This document shows positions 8,641 through 17,050 of a stretch of 18,415 nucleotides of DNA, piece by piece; positions within the stretch are counted from its first letter, which is position 1, and each line of letters begins with the position of its first letter. A model generated the notes under the pieces. That model saw nothing but the letters and a program-made list of their open reading frames with translations, was not told the DNA's origin and did no database searches. Source of the DNA: an uncultured Deinococcaceae bacterium (GTDB lineage Bacteria; Deinococcota; Deinococci; Deinococcales; Deinococcaceae); assembly GCA_964252075.1 (NCBI GenBank), contig CAXULY010000069.1, positions 1 to 18,415 of the forward strand. The letters run 5' to 3'. The translations under genes and the position numbers were made by a program.

Positions 8641-9039
8641 CACGAGCCGGGCTGCAGCGGGCCCGGTCGTCGGAGTCACGTTCAGGCACGCGTTCCGGCG
8701 TTGGTCAGGCCGCGTGCTCCTGGCCAGCCTGTCAGCTCACCAGCTGGTGGGGGTGCCCGTCTATCCGGAGCCCGTCACGCCACGTACGCGGCGTTCGCCT
8801 GGGTGTGCACCCCAGCGTGAGTGACCCGAGCTTCGTCGCAGGTCGACGTCCGCCCGGCCCTGCCGGGCGGTGAGGTGTGGTCGAGCGGGCAGGACCTCCT
8901 TCGGCCCCGCCCGCCGTCGCAGCTCTTCAGTTGTGGGGGGCTGGCCGGGCGTTCTATGAGGGCGCCTCCAGCGGGGGCGTGCCGTCCAGGCATGAAAAAA
9001 CGCGCTCCCAGCGGGCGTGGAATACATTTGTGAACGGTA

Positions 9040-9076
9040 AATTGACAATGCCGCTTTGTGATTGGCATTGTCAATT
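9040..9076. repeat. Perfect 13-bp inverted repeat with 11-bp spacer
   Basis: AATTGACAATGCC-gctttgtgatt-GGCATTGTCAATT. Confidence 0.9.
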
Positions 9077-9547
9077 CCCATGATCCTTCTTACACAAGAG
9101 GGTGGTGGAAAAACCTGGTGCCGCCACGAACAACCGCATCGATCAGTCTGTGCCAAATCCACCTCTCTGGAACCTGCGCGGTTCATGAAGTGCTGAAGGA
9201 AGTTGGCCGAGGCAGATCAGCGGCCGAGTGACGAGTCGACTGACCGCTGAGAACGAGCAGCACAAGGGATCAATTGGGGGAGACGGCCCTCCCACGATCC
9301 AAGACACCTTCGGCTCGCCAATCCATGTTGCCGACTGCGGGGGCGTGACCTCATTCAACAGCCAAAGCAGGTCCACTTGGCGTTGGTTTGAAGCGGTTCG
9401 CGACGAAGTGGCGCCAGGAAAACCCACTGGGACGGGCGCGCTGCACAAGTTCGGACCTGTGCCAGGCCTTCGGGAGGGCGGTCCCGCGTGGCCGGATGAT
9501 CATGAACCCGCGGTCATCGCCGACCTCTCGCCCGACGGGGTGCCATC

Positions 9548-10393
9548 ATGACCTCCGTGCCCGCACGTTCACCGGCGACGGTTCACAGCTGGCGTGCAGC
9601 CGAACTGGGCGGCGTCGACTTCCTGCACGGTCGTTTCACCACACACGCCTTCGCGCGACACACGCACGACACATACAGCATCGGCTTGCTGTCGGCCGGC
9701 GCGATGACGTTCGCCTGCCGGGGCGAGGCGCGGTACACGCTGCGCCCTGGGCAGATCGGCCTGATCCTGCCGGACGAGGTGCACACCGGACAGGGTGAGA
9801 CGCGCGCCGGCTGGACGTACCGGAATTTCTATCCGGACGCGCACGTGCTCACCAGCGCCTTCGATCGCGCGGACCAGGTCGTGCCCTACCTGCCTGTCGT
9901 GATTGACGACCCAGCCCTCTTCCGCGCGCTCGTGACCGCGTACCGCGCCTTCGAGGAAGGCGGATCAAGCCTCGCACGCGAGTCCCTGATGCGGGCCGCC
10001 CTGACCCGTCTCGTCCTCCGTCACGCCCGGCGCCCACCAACCTTACCCAAAGTTGGCCGAGAGGACCGCGCCCTTCACCTGGTGCGCGAGGCCCTCACCG
10101 AAGGGTTCGCGCGCAACGTGACGCTCGGGGAGCTTGCACGGCAGACGGGCCTCAACCCATTCACGCTGCTGCGCGCCTTCCGCCGGGCGTATGGTCTTCC
10201 ACCGCACGCGTATCAACTCCAGGTGCGGCTGCGTCACGCCAAGCGGCTGCTGCGGGACGGCGAGACCATTTCAGGCGCGGCGGTGCGGGCGGGCTTCGCG
10301 GACCAGAGCCACCTCGGGCGGCACTTCCGCCGCACCTTCGGCCTCACGCCCCAGCAGTACCAGCGAGGCGTCAACTTCGTTCTATCCCCCTGA
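9548..10393 (+). CDS. AraC family transcriptional regulator
   Basis: N-terminal cupin (FARHTHDTYSIG...PDEVHTG) and C-terminal double HTH (LGELARQTGLNPFTLLRAFRRAYGLPPHAY...GFADQSHLGRHFRRTFGLTPQQY). Confidence 0.97.
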   Translation: MTSVPARSPATVHSWRAAELGGVDFLHGRFTTHAFARHTHDTYSIGLLSAGAMTFACRGEARYTLRPGQIGLILPDEVHTGQGETRAGWTYRNFYPDAHVLTSAFDRADQVVPYLPVVIDDPALFRALVTAYRAFEEGGSSLARESLMRAALTRLVLRHARRPPTLPKVGREDRALHLVREALTEGFARNVTLGELARQTGLNPFTLLRAFRRAYGLPPHAYQLQVRLRHAKRLLRDGETISGAAVRAGFADQSHLGRHFRRTFGLTPQQYQRGVNFVLSP

Positions 10394-10418
10394 CCGCACG
10401 GCGACGTAGCGTCACGGC

Positions 10419-11330
10419 ATGCCCCTTGCTCCACCACCGCTGTCGCGCGCCACCTTCGCCCGCGGGTCCCTCGCCCTCGCGATGCTGCTCGCCGGCAGCT
10501 CTGTCGCCCTCACCAAAATCGTGGGAGACGTCATGCCCGTCGGCCTCGCCAATGCCCTCATCCTGCTGCTCGCGTCAGGCGTGCTGTGGCTCTTGACGTG
10601 GCGACTGGAAGATCGCGTGGTCGTCCCGAGAGGCGCTTGGCGGCCGCTGTGCCTGCAGGCGGCGCTCGGCATCGTGCTCTTCCGGGTGTTGCTCTTCTAC
10701 GGCGTGCCGCTCACATCGGCGGCGTCGGCGGGGATCCTGACGAGCGCCGTCCCCGCAGTGACGGCCGTGCTGGCCTGGGCCGTCCTGCGTGAACGGCTCA
10801 CAGCCGCGGCCACCGTCGGCGTGCTGCTGACGACACTCGGCGTCCTCGTCCTCACGGTTCCCGGCGCCGCCGTCACCAGAGGGTCGCGGCCCGTCGTGGG
10901 TGGGCTGCTCGTGCTGGGCGCGGTGATTGGCGAGGCGTCGTGGAACGTCCTCAGCCGACGGACCGTGGCCGCCTTGAGTCCACTCACCGCGACCACACTG
11001 GTCACGACCTTCGCCTGCGCCCTGTTCATCCCCTCCGGACTCGCGGAGGCCCTCTCCTTTGATTTCGCGGGGCTCACGCTGGGCGCGTGGGTGGCGCTGC
11101 TGTACTACGCCTTCGGCGCGACCGTGCTGGCGTACTTGTGCTGGTTCGCGGGGGTGCGTTTCGTGCCCGCCAGCACCGCCGCCGTCTACACCGGATGGCT
11201 GCCCGTGAGCGCCGTGGCTCTGTCGGCGCTGCTCTTGCATGAAGCCATCACCGTCTGGCATGCCCTCGGCCTCGCGTGCGTGCTGTGCGCGACCCTCCTC
11301 TTCGCTCAGGGAGGCACCCCACATGACTGA
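10419..11330 (+). CDS. DMT/EamA family transporter
   Basis: 303 aa, about 10 hydrophobic segments in two repeats, AVLRERL and LLLHEAI motifs; TAGCGT box 6 nt before the ATG. Confidence 0.95.
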   Translation: MPLAPPPLSRATFARGSLALAMLLAGSSVALTKIVGDVMPVGLANALILLLASGVLWLLTWRLEDRVVVPRGAWRPLCLQAALGIVLFRVLLFYGVPLTSAASAGILTSAVPAVTAVLAWAVLRERLTAAATVGVLLTTLGVLVLTVPGAAVTRGSRPVVGGLLVLGAVIGEASWNVLSRRTVAALSPLTATTLVTTFACALFIPSGLAEALSFDFAGLTLGAWVALLYYAFGATVLAYLCWFAGVRFVPASTAAVYTGWLPVSAVALSALLLHEAITVWHALGLACVLCATLLFAQGGTPHD

Positions 11331-12015
11331 CCTCACGATGACGCCCGCTTGGCACACCACGTTCCGGGGTGGGCACATCGGCGTGCTGCTCATGAACGGG
11401 ATCGACAACACAGGCGGGAGCAATCCCCTCCAGGAGCGCAAACGCGCACTGGAGACCCGGCTGCGCGCGGATTTCGGGCACCTCACGCGACCCGAACTGC
11501 TGCAACTGGACGTGCTCAGGGCGTACCGAGATTACTACAAGCGCTTTGACGCTACGTACCACGTGCAACTGCAGCTTGAATCGGTGCTGCACAAGGGCAA
11601 ATCGCTGCCGACCGTCAGCCCAGTGGTGGACGCAGCGTTCCTTGCGGAGCTCGACACCCTCGTCCTCACGGCGAGCCATGATGCCGACGCCTTCTTGGGG
11701 CGGCTCAAGGTGGACGCGACTGCGGGGAGGGAGGCCTTCCAGGCGATGAACGGACACGCGCGGCAGCTGCGGGCCGGGGACGTCATGATGGCCGACGACC
11801 TGGGTGTCGTGTGCAGCATCCTCACCGGGCAGGACCAGCGCACGCGGGTGACCCCCACGACGACGCGCGCCCTGTTTGTGGCGTACGCGCCCGTCGGCGT
11901 CGGCGTGGCGGACGTGTGGCGACAACTGGCGCTGATCGAGCACCACGTGCGCGCGTTCGCGCCGCACGCCACGGTCGAGCGGGCCGACGTTCACGAGGCG
12001 CATGATGGCTCGTGA
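11323..12015 (+). CDS. Stand-alone B3/B4 (PheRS beta editing-like) domain protein
   Basis: GGAGG RBS and ATGACTGA overlap with the EamA stop. AYRDYYKRF, LPTVSPVVDA, ASHDAD, GDVMMAD and RTRVT motifs are typical of B3/4 proteins. Confidence 0.88.
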   Translation: MTDLTMTPAWHTTFRGGHIGVLLMNGIDNTGGSNPLQERKRALETRLRADFGHLTRPELLQLDVLRAYRDYYKRFDATYHVQLQLESVLHKGKSLPTVSPVVDAAFLAELDTLVLTASHDADAFLGRLKVDATAGREAFQAMNGHARQLRAGDVMMADDLGVVCSILTGQDQRTRVTPTTTRALFVAYAPVGVGVADVWRQLALIEHHVRAFAPHATVERADVHEAHDGS

Positions 12016-12227
12016 ATGGGTGGCGGGCGGAGGCCACGGGGGCGCGGCGCGGGTTCCTTGAACGAGGACCTGCGCGAGGGCTCGACCCCAGATTCGTGCG
12101 CACCGTGCGGGTCACGCAGCGCCAACCCTTCACGTCCTCGACCGCCACTCCGCAGCACCGCCGCCCGCGCCTCCGCTCCACGCCTTATCCCTGGTTGAAT
12201 GCCTGGTGGTCGGCGGCCCTTTGCCGT

Positions 12228-12491
12228 TCAGAATTTCTGTCGGCTCACCGCGTGCCGGGCGCGGTCGCGCAGGTCCCGCCACTGGTCCTCCTCATCCATC
12301 GTTTCATCCTGGTCCTGCGGCGGACCGTCCAGGATGTGCAGGCCGGGCGCGGCCCCCACCTCGAGCAGTTCGGCGGGAGAGATGTCGCTCAGCCCCATGC
12401 TGCGCCGGATGGCTTCCAGCGCGCGGAGTGCGTGGTTAGTGGACGGTGGAATGAGAGTGGGTGGGCCTTGAGGGCCGTTCGGTGAGGGCAG
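12228..12491 (-). CDS. Small hypothetical protein (start uncertain)
   Basis: Open frame ...NHALRALEAIRRSMGLSDISPAELLEVGAAPGLHILDGPPQDQDETMDEEDQWRDLRDRARHAVSRQKF*. First ATG at 12398; the frame is open to about 12497. Not in the ORF track. Confidence 0.4.
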   Translation of the reverse strand: MPSPNGPQGPPTLIPPSTNHALRALEAIRRSMGLSDISPAELLEVGAAPGLHILDGPPQDQDETMDEEDQWRDLRDRARHAVSRQKF

Positions 12492-12597
12492 ACAGCATCA
12501 TGGAACATCCAGGGGCGAGGCGCCCAGTTAAAGTGGATCGTCGGTGAAGCGAACGCAGCGCTCTTTGTTGAGCTTGTGTGTTGGGTACGCTCGGGCG

Positions 12598-12828
12598 ATG
12601 AAGGGTCTGGAGCGAGACGTGCTGATGGCGTTCCCGGAGCAGGCCATTCAACGCATGGCGTTCGTGCGGGCGCTGCCGGTGCGCTGGGGGCGCGGCGCGG
12701 TGGAGCACGCCATGGACCGCCTGCTGGCGGCGGGGCTGATCGAGCGGCGGTCACGCGGCGTGTACGCCCTCACCGACGCTGGGCGCGCGGAACGCCTGGC
12801 GGTCGGACTCGTTACCTGCGGCGGGTGA
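12598..12828 (+). CDS. Small winged-helix-like DNA-binding protein
   Basis: TACGCT box 6 nt before ATG 12598; AVEHAMDRLLAAGLIERRSRGVYALTDAGR fits a recognition helix plus wing. Confidence 0.7.
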   Translation: MKGLERDVLMAFPEQAIQRMAFVRALPVRWGRGAVEHAMDRLLAAGLIERRSRGVYALTDAGRAERLAVGLVTCGG

Positions 12829-13011
12829 GGGGCCGGGTGCGACTCCGGCCGTAGGAGCTCCTGGGTGGAATCGTTCGGCAACGTCCCAGGCGGAAGGGGC
12901 GGTGAATGGGGGCGGTCAGCCGTGAAACCAGCGACTCCGGGGAGAGTGGCCGCTGTTCGGGTTCGACCCGACCGCCACCCAAAAAGGCCCGGCAGCGGCA
13001 TAAGCTGAGGC

Positions 13012-13443
13012 ATGATTGACGCGTTCGCGCCCCGTCGCCTGATGCTTCAATAACACGAACTGGCGCTGTTCGCCGTCACCACCCAGGTTAACATCAACGG
13101 CCCCACCGCGCGCGCCGAGTCACTCGAACTCGTGAACGTTGGCCCCGAAGACGCGACCCTCACAGGCGTCAGCGTGTGGTGGGTAAGCTGGGACGGGGTA
13201 AAGTTCAGCGCGGAGGACGGGCGGCAGCACCTGTTGACGTCCATCACCAAATGCGTGCTGCTGGATGACACGGACCCCGCGCGCCTGGCGCAATCGGGCG
13301 GCGATCTGTCCATCCAGACCGAGAACGGCCCGCGGCACGGCACCCTGACTGTCCTCATCGGCGAAGAGCACAAGCAACTCACGTTCGTGTATGAGAACCA
13401 GACGCACGACGTCCCTCAGCTGGTGGTGGAGATCCTGGAATGA
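13012..13443 (+). pseudogene. Hypothetical protein interrupted by in-frame TAA
   Basis: TAAGCT box 5 nt before ATG 13012. MIDAFAPRRLMLQ*HELALFAVTTQVNING... (TAA 13051-13053) continues in frame into ORF 13132-13443. Confidence 0.65.
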
Positions 13444-13567
13444 TCCGGGAATGGCGAGTGTATCTCCAACTTGATCAGATTAGTCGACCTAAGAGGCATT
13501 AGGTCGAGTCCGTCCCTTCCGCTTTGATGAACGGTTGAGCTGCGTTTTGGGGCGCCTACACTCGGGC

Positions 13568-14251
13568 ATGGCTCGCTGGTGGCTCCTGACACTCGGGCTG
13601 CCCCTCCTCGCGGGGTGCAGCGACGGATCCAAGACCCAGTACAGCTTCGCCGACACCCGGTGGGGGGCGTCGGCGAAGGCCGTGCACCGGGCGCTCCTCA
13701 AGCACGGTTTCGTTCCCGATGGGCAATTGAAGGCTGCGGCGTCACCCCAGGGGTCCGTGGAGGCGTGGCGTGGGCCGGTGCTGGGGCATGAGGCGAACGT
13801 GCAGACGTTCTACGATGACCGCCACAGGCTCAGCAAGATGGTGGTGACGATCAGTACGGCCTCGGAGCCCATTGAGATCACGAACGCGAAGGATCAGGTG
13901 CAGGTGGAGCAGATGGGGCGTGAGGCGCGCGGGCTGGCGGATCAGATGTGGGACACCCTGCACCCCCTCTGCCGCTCGTACCTGGATGCGGCGCAGGAGA
14001 AGTACGGCGCGCCGAAGACCGACCTTTATAAGGTGCCCCTCCCCGCCAAGGACCGGCCGGTCGGGTACTTCGTCTTCTACGCGAAGCTCGACGGCACGAT
14101 GTTCTCGGGGAACTGGGACGCGGGTCAGGAGCAGCTGCAGATGGACTGCACGTTGGCGGTGCACCAGGCAGTCGGGCAGTCGAAGGCCAATCAGGTGATG
14201 GGCGTCGTGCGCCTCGAGTACCGCCATGTGCCGGACGGCATTTCGAATTAG
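13568..14251 (+). CDS. Lipoprotein of unknown function
   Basis: TACACT box 5 nt before ATG 13568; MARWWLLTLGLPLLAG|C lipobox. Confidence 0.85.
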   Translation: MARWWLLTLGLPLLAGCSDGSKTQYSFADTRWGASAKAVHRALLKHGFVPDGQLKAAASPQGSVEAWRGPVLGHEANVQTFYDDRHRLSKMVVTISTASEPIEITNAKDQVQVEQMGREARGLADQMWDTLHPLCRSYLDAAQEKYGAPKTDLYKVPLPAKDRPVGYFVFYAKLDGTMFSGNWDAGQEQLQMDCTLAVHQAVGQSKANQVMGVVRLEYRHVPDGISN

Positions 14252-14261
14252 CGAGATGTCG

Positions 14262-14771
14262 TCATTTCTTCCTGCGGGGTGTTTTTCGCTGCTGGGCGCG
14301 TTCAGCACGTCGCCGGACCTGAAGTTCTGCCTTGGTCATGGTGGCGGGATCGCGCGCGGCAAGCAGGGTCTGCACCACCGCCTTGAGGTCCGCAGGATCG
14401 CCCTTGAACGCCGTCAGCAATTCGCGCCACGCGCGATTGGTCTTGGGCCCCAGCCATTGTGAAAAGAGGTCCGGATCGAAAGGGCCCTCCTGCAGGGCCA
14501 CCCTGATGGCCTCTGCCTGCAGGCTCTCCAGGAACCCCACCACCAGGAGGGTCTGTACAGACTCGTCGCCGTCCTGCAACCCTCGTTCGATGACGCTGAA
14601 CAAGGCGGGAAAAGCGTCAAGACACCCACGCCTTGCGACCGCGACGGCCTGACGGGCGAACACCGCGACCACGAAGTAGGTCAGCTTGGGGAACGCGGCC
14701 GCTTCATCTTCGAGGTGGAACGCGGGGAACACCTCGACCAAGAGTTGGGGGACGTCCGCCGTCCGAATCAT
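14262..14771 (-). CDS. Hypothetical helical protein (immunity-protein-like, unverified)
   Basis: TACGCT box 6 nt before ATG 14771. FSVIERGLQDGDESVQTLLVVGFLESLQ...WLGPKT pattern resembles a widespread DUF family; basic C-terminal tail. Confidence 0.75.
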   Translation of the reverse strand: MIRTADVPQLLVEVFPAFHLEDEAAAFPKLTYFVVAVFARQAVAVARRGCLDAFPALFSVIERGLQDGDESVQTLLVVGFLESLQAEAIRVALQEGPFDPDLFSQWLGPKTNRAWRELLTAFKGDPADLKAVVQTLLAARDPATMTKAELQVRRRAERAQQRKTPRRKK

Positions 14772-14831
14772 GCGTTGAGCGTAGAGCACAGCGGTTCGGG
14801 CCGGTTTGGATTCAGGCGTGATCACGTGCGG

Positions 14832-15134
14832 TTAGGGGTCATGGGCGCCCGCCGCTTCGAGGTTTGGCATGTACACGTCGAAGTGGTGGGCGACGTCCAG
14901 GCACGCCTGAACAGGTGAGACGCCCTCCTCGACTTTGTCCAGCAGCGCGTTGAAGGCTTCGGCGAGGGCGAGTCGCAGATTGCCCTGGTGTCATTCCTCT
15001 GCTTTCACGGCGGCCGCTTCCCAGCCTTCGCGTTCGGACTGGGCGAGCGCGTGGGACTTGAGGTGCTCATGCGTGAGTCGGTCTGCGCCGAGCGCGAAGG
15101 CGTGGCACAGCGCCTCGCCGGGAGAATCAGGCAC
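14832..15134 (-). pseudogene. About 100-codon hypothetical gene interrupted by in-frame TGA
   Basis: AGGAGG (15146-15141) 6 nt before GTG 15134. MPDSPGEALCHAFALGADRL...AAAVKAEE*HQGNLRLALAEAFNALLDKVEEG...AHDP* has its TGA at 14993-14991. Confidence 0.65.
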
Positions 15135-15156
15135 ACAGAACCTCCTACACTGGGTC

Positions 15157-16128
15157 ATGGGCTTGGAGTTGATGGTGCACCAGGCGACCCTGGCGCAGCG
15201 CGCCGAGCGCGTCGCGGACCTGGACGACAGTGAGCGGCGGCGTGTGGCCACGCAGGCCGCCCGCGACCGGGACGCCGACGCCCTGTGGCCGCTCGTCGAG
15301 GCGTTCCTCACCACGCACGGCCGCAAGGGCGCGCGGGTCAGCGCGCGCACCCTGGAAGCCTACGAGCTGGGCGTGCGGGTGTTCGTGAAGTGGGCGGGCG
15401 AGCGCGCGGTGAGCTTACTCAGGCCGAAGCCCGACATGGGGTACTCGTACGCCCGGCACCTGGAGGCGCAGGGCTACAAGACCGCGAGTGTGCGGGTGCG
15501 CCTGGCGGCCGCGGGGCACGTGTTCAGCGCGCTCCGGTGGTGCAACGCCACCGACGCGGTGCCCTTCGCGGACGTGCGGCCCGCGCCGGACCCCGTGCCG
15601 CGCACCCAGAAGCGCAAGCCGTACCCGGATGAGGACGTGGCGCGGCTGCTGGCGCACGCGACGCCGGAGGAGGCGGTGCTGGTGCTGCTCGGCGCGCACG
15701 GTGGCCTGCGCGCCTCGGAGCTGGTGGGGCTGTGGTGGAAGGACGTGCACCTGGAGGGGGACCGGCCGTTCCTGACGGTGCTGGGCAAAGGCGCCAAGAC
15801 GCGCGATGTCGATGTGAGCGACAGCCTGCGCGCGGCGCTGCTGAAGTGGCGCGCCCTGCTCGGCGCGCACGCGAAGGCGCGGGTGCTGCCGTACGGGCAC
15901 CGGGCGCAGGCGGTGAACGTGCTGCGCGCCCTGTGCGCGCGGGCGGGCGTGACGTACGAGCGGCGGCACGTGCACGGGTTGCGGCACTCGAGCGGCACCC
16001 GGCTGTACCGGGACACGCGCGACCTGCTGGAGGTCCGCGAGCACCTGGGGCACGCCAGCGTCACCTCCACCGAGGTGTACGTCGAATACGCCCGCCAGGA
16101 CAAACGCAGCAAAGTGAGGGACTGGTGA
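15157..16128 (+). CDS. Tyrosine recombinase/integrase (XerC/D-like)
   Basis: Catalytic set R (GLRASEL), K (GKGAK), HxxR (HGLRH), H (LGH), Y (TEVY); SAM-like N-domain (SARTLEAY); TACACT box 5 nt before ATG 15157. Confidence 0.96.
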   Translation: MGLELMVHQATLAQRAERVADLDDSERRRVATQAARDRDADALWPLVEAFLTTHGRKGARVSARTLEAYELGVRVFVKWAGERAVSLLRPKPDMGYSYARHLEAQGYKTASVRVRLAAAGHVFSALRWCNATDAVPFADVRPAPDPVPRTQKRKPYPDEDVARLLAHATPEEAVLVLLGAHGGLRASELVGLWWKDVHLEGDRPFLTVLGKGAKTRDVDVSDSLRAALLKWRALLGAHAKARVLPYGHRAQAVNVLRALCARAGVTYERRHVHGLRHSSGTRLYRDTRDLLEVREHLGHASVTSTEVYVEYARQDKRSKVRDW

Positions 16129-16443
16129 CGAACGAACCTGAGTCGATAGGTACGCGGCCACCAGCCGTCTCTGACCAGCTTGCGAGCACAGGTTGAGCTG
16201 CCATGATGAACGACGCCTTTGCATGCTCGAAGGTCATTGAAGAAAGTGACTGAGGCAAGGCGCTGTGCGCGGCTGCCAGACTCGACGACAAGATGCGAAA
16301 ACTGGATAGGCGCCCTCACGCCAGCGCTCGACCCGTACAGCACCAAGGCGCCTGAGAACGACTTGGCATCCAGAACTGACCTCTGCACGGTGGCCGCACC
16401 ACCAATTTCTGGAATAACCTCGACTCTCCAAGAGCGGATTCAA

Positions 16444-16722
16444 CGCCAGGGAGGGGAACACGTATGCACGTTCTGTGCCCCCCGTCCGGCCTCGCGATGC
16501 CGGTTTCGTATGCTGCTCCCTTTTTGGTGCGTCCGGAGGTGGGTGCTCCCCTTGGTTTTTGCGTGTGCTGGCGCGGGTGGACGCAGGGGAGCACCCCGAG
16601 GTGGGTGCTCCCCAGTGCTCCCCGCTTTCAGGAAGCGAGTGGCGCCTTTTGACCCCCGACCGCTGAGGACGCGCATGCGCAGCCGGACCGTGCGCGACGC
16701 GTCGGTCAAGAAGGGCAGGACG
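16444..16722 (+). pseudogene. Degenerate duplicate of the small-terminase upstream region and 5' end
   Basis: Aligns with 16832-17125. Encodes RKRVAPFDP-(frameshift)-TAEDAHAQPDR versus [21 protein letters not shown] in the downstream copy. Confidence 0.7.
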
Positions 16723-16903
16723 GCTGGGCTTGAAGTGCGGCACAGCTGGGTGAGGGGCCACCCGCAGTGATCAGGGTCCCGTCGTGAGGGCGTGCGGTTT
16801 TCGGTCGTCATGGTGCCCAGTGGGTGGTCTGCGCCAGGAAGGGGGAGCACCCGTGCACGCCGCGAGCGCCCCGCCCGGCCTCGCGAGCGCGGGTTAAGTA
16901 TGC

Positions 16904-17038
16904 TGCGCCCCATTGCGCTGGTGCGCCCCGTGCGCCCCGGCGTGTGCGGGGCCTTGTTTTTTGTCGTGCTGGCGCGCGGGGGCGCACGGGGCGCACGGGT
17001 GGGGCGCATGGGGCGCACGACCCCCCGCGGTGCGCCCC
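16904..17038. repeat. Octamer repeat cluster TGCGCCCC (4 direct, 4 inverted) upstream of terminase
   Basis: Direct copies at 16904, 16922, 16931, 17031; inverted copies (GGGGCGCA) at 16979, 16988, 17001, 17010; T-rich core at about 16954-16964. Confidence 0.85.
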
Positions 17039-17050
17039 ATGGTGGGCCGC

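Larger units (their letters stand above)
8455..9030 (-). ncRNA. Candidate structured non-coding RNA region
   Basis: No credible ORF. A series of GC-rich hairpins whose imperfections are G-U pairs only on the minus strand; includes the tRNA-like element. Confidence 0.4.

Noticed and set aside
8820..8935. CTGAAGA on the minus strand as a hammerhead ribozyme core
   Set aside because: No properly placed GAAA or stem III/UH; only GAAG is found.
9090..9500. Short ORFs on both strands between the inverted repeat and araC
   Set aside because: No consistent frame, start signal or motif; may be a decayed gene but I cannot support a call.
10575..12003. Long minus-strand ORFs (303 aa and 251 aa)
   Set aside because: Antisense shadows of the EamA and B3/4 genes.
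1998..15134. Alternative genetic code explaining the in-frame stops
   Set aside because: TAA, TAG and TGA are all involved, and intact genes here terminate normally with TGA and TAG.
14935..15156. N-terminal extension of the recombinase in the ORF track (397 aa)
   Set aside because: It overlaps the divergent pseudogene; the -10 box and family-like N-terminus point to ATG 15157.
16125..16355. GTGA-coupled frame after the recombinase with two internal TGA codons (16194, 16251)
   Set aside because: Could be another pseudogene, but it needs two read-throughs and has no recognisable motif.
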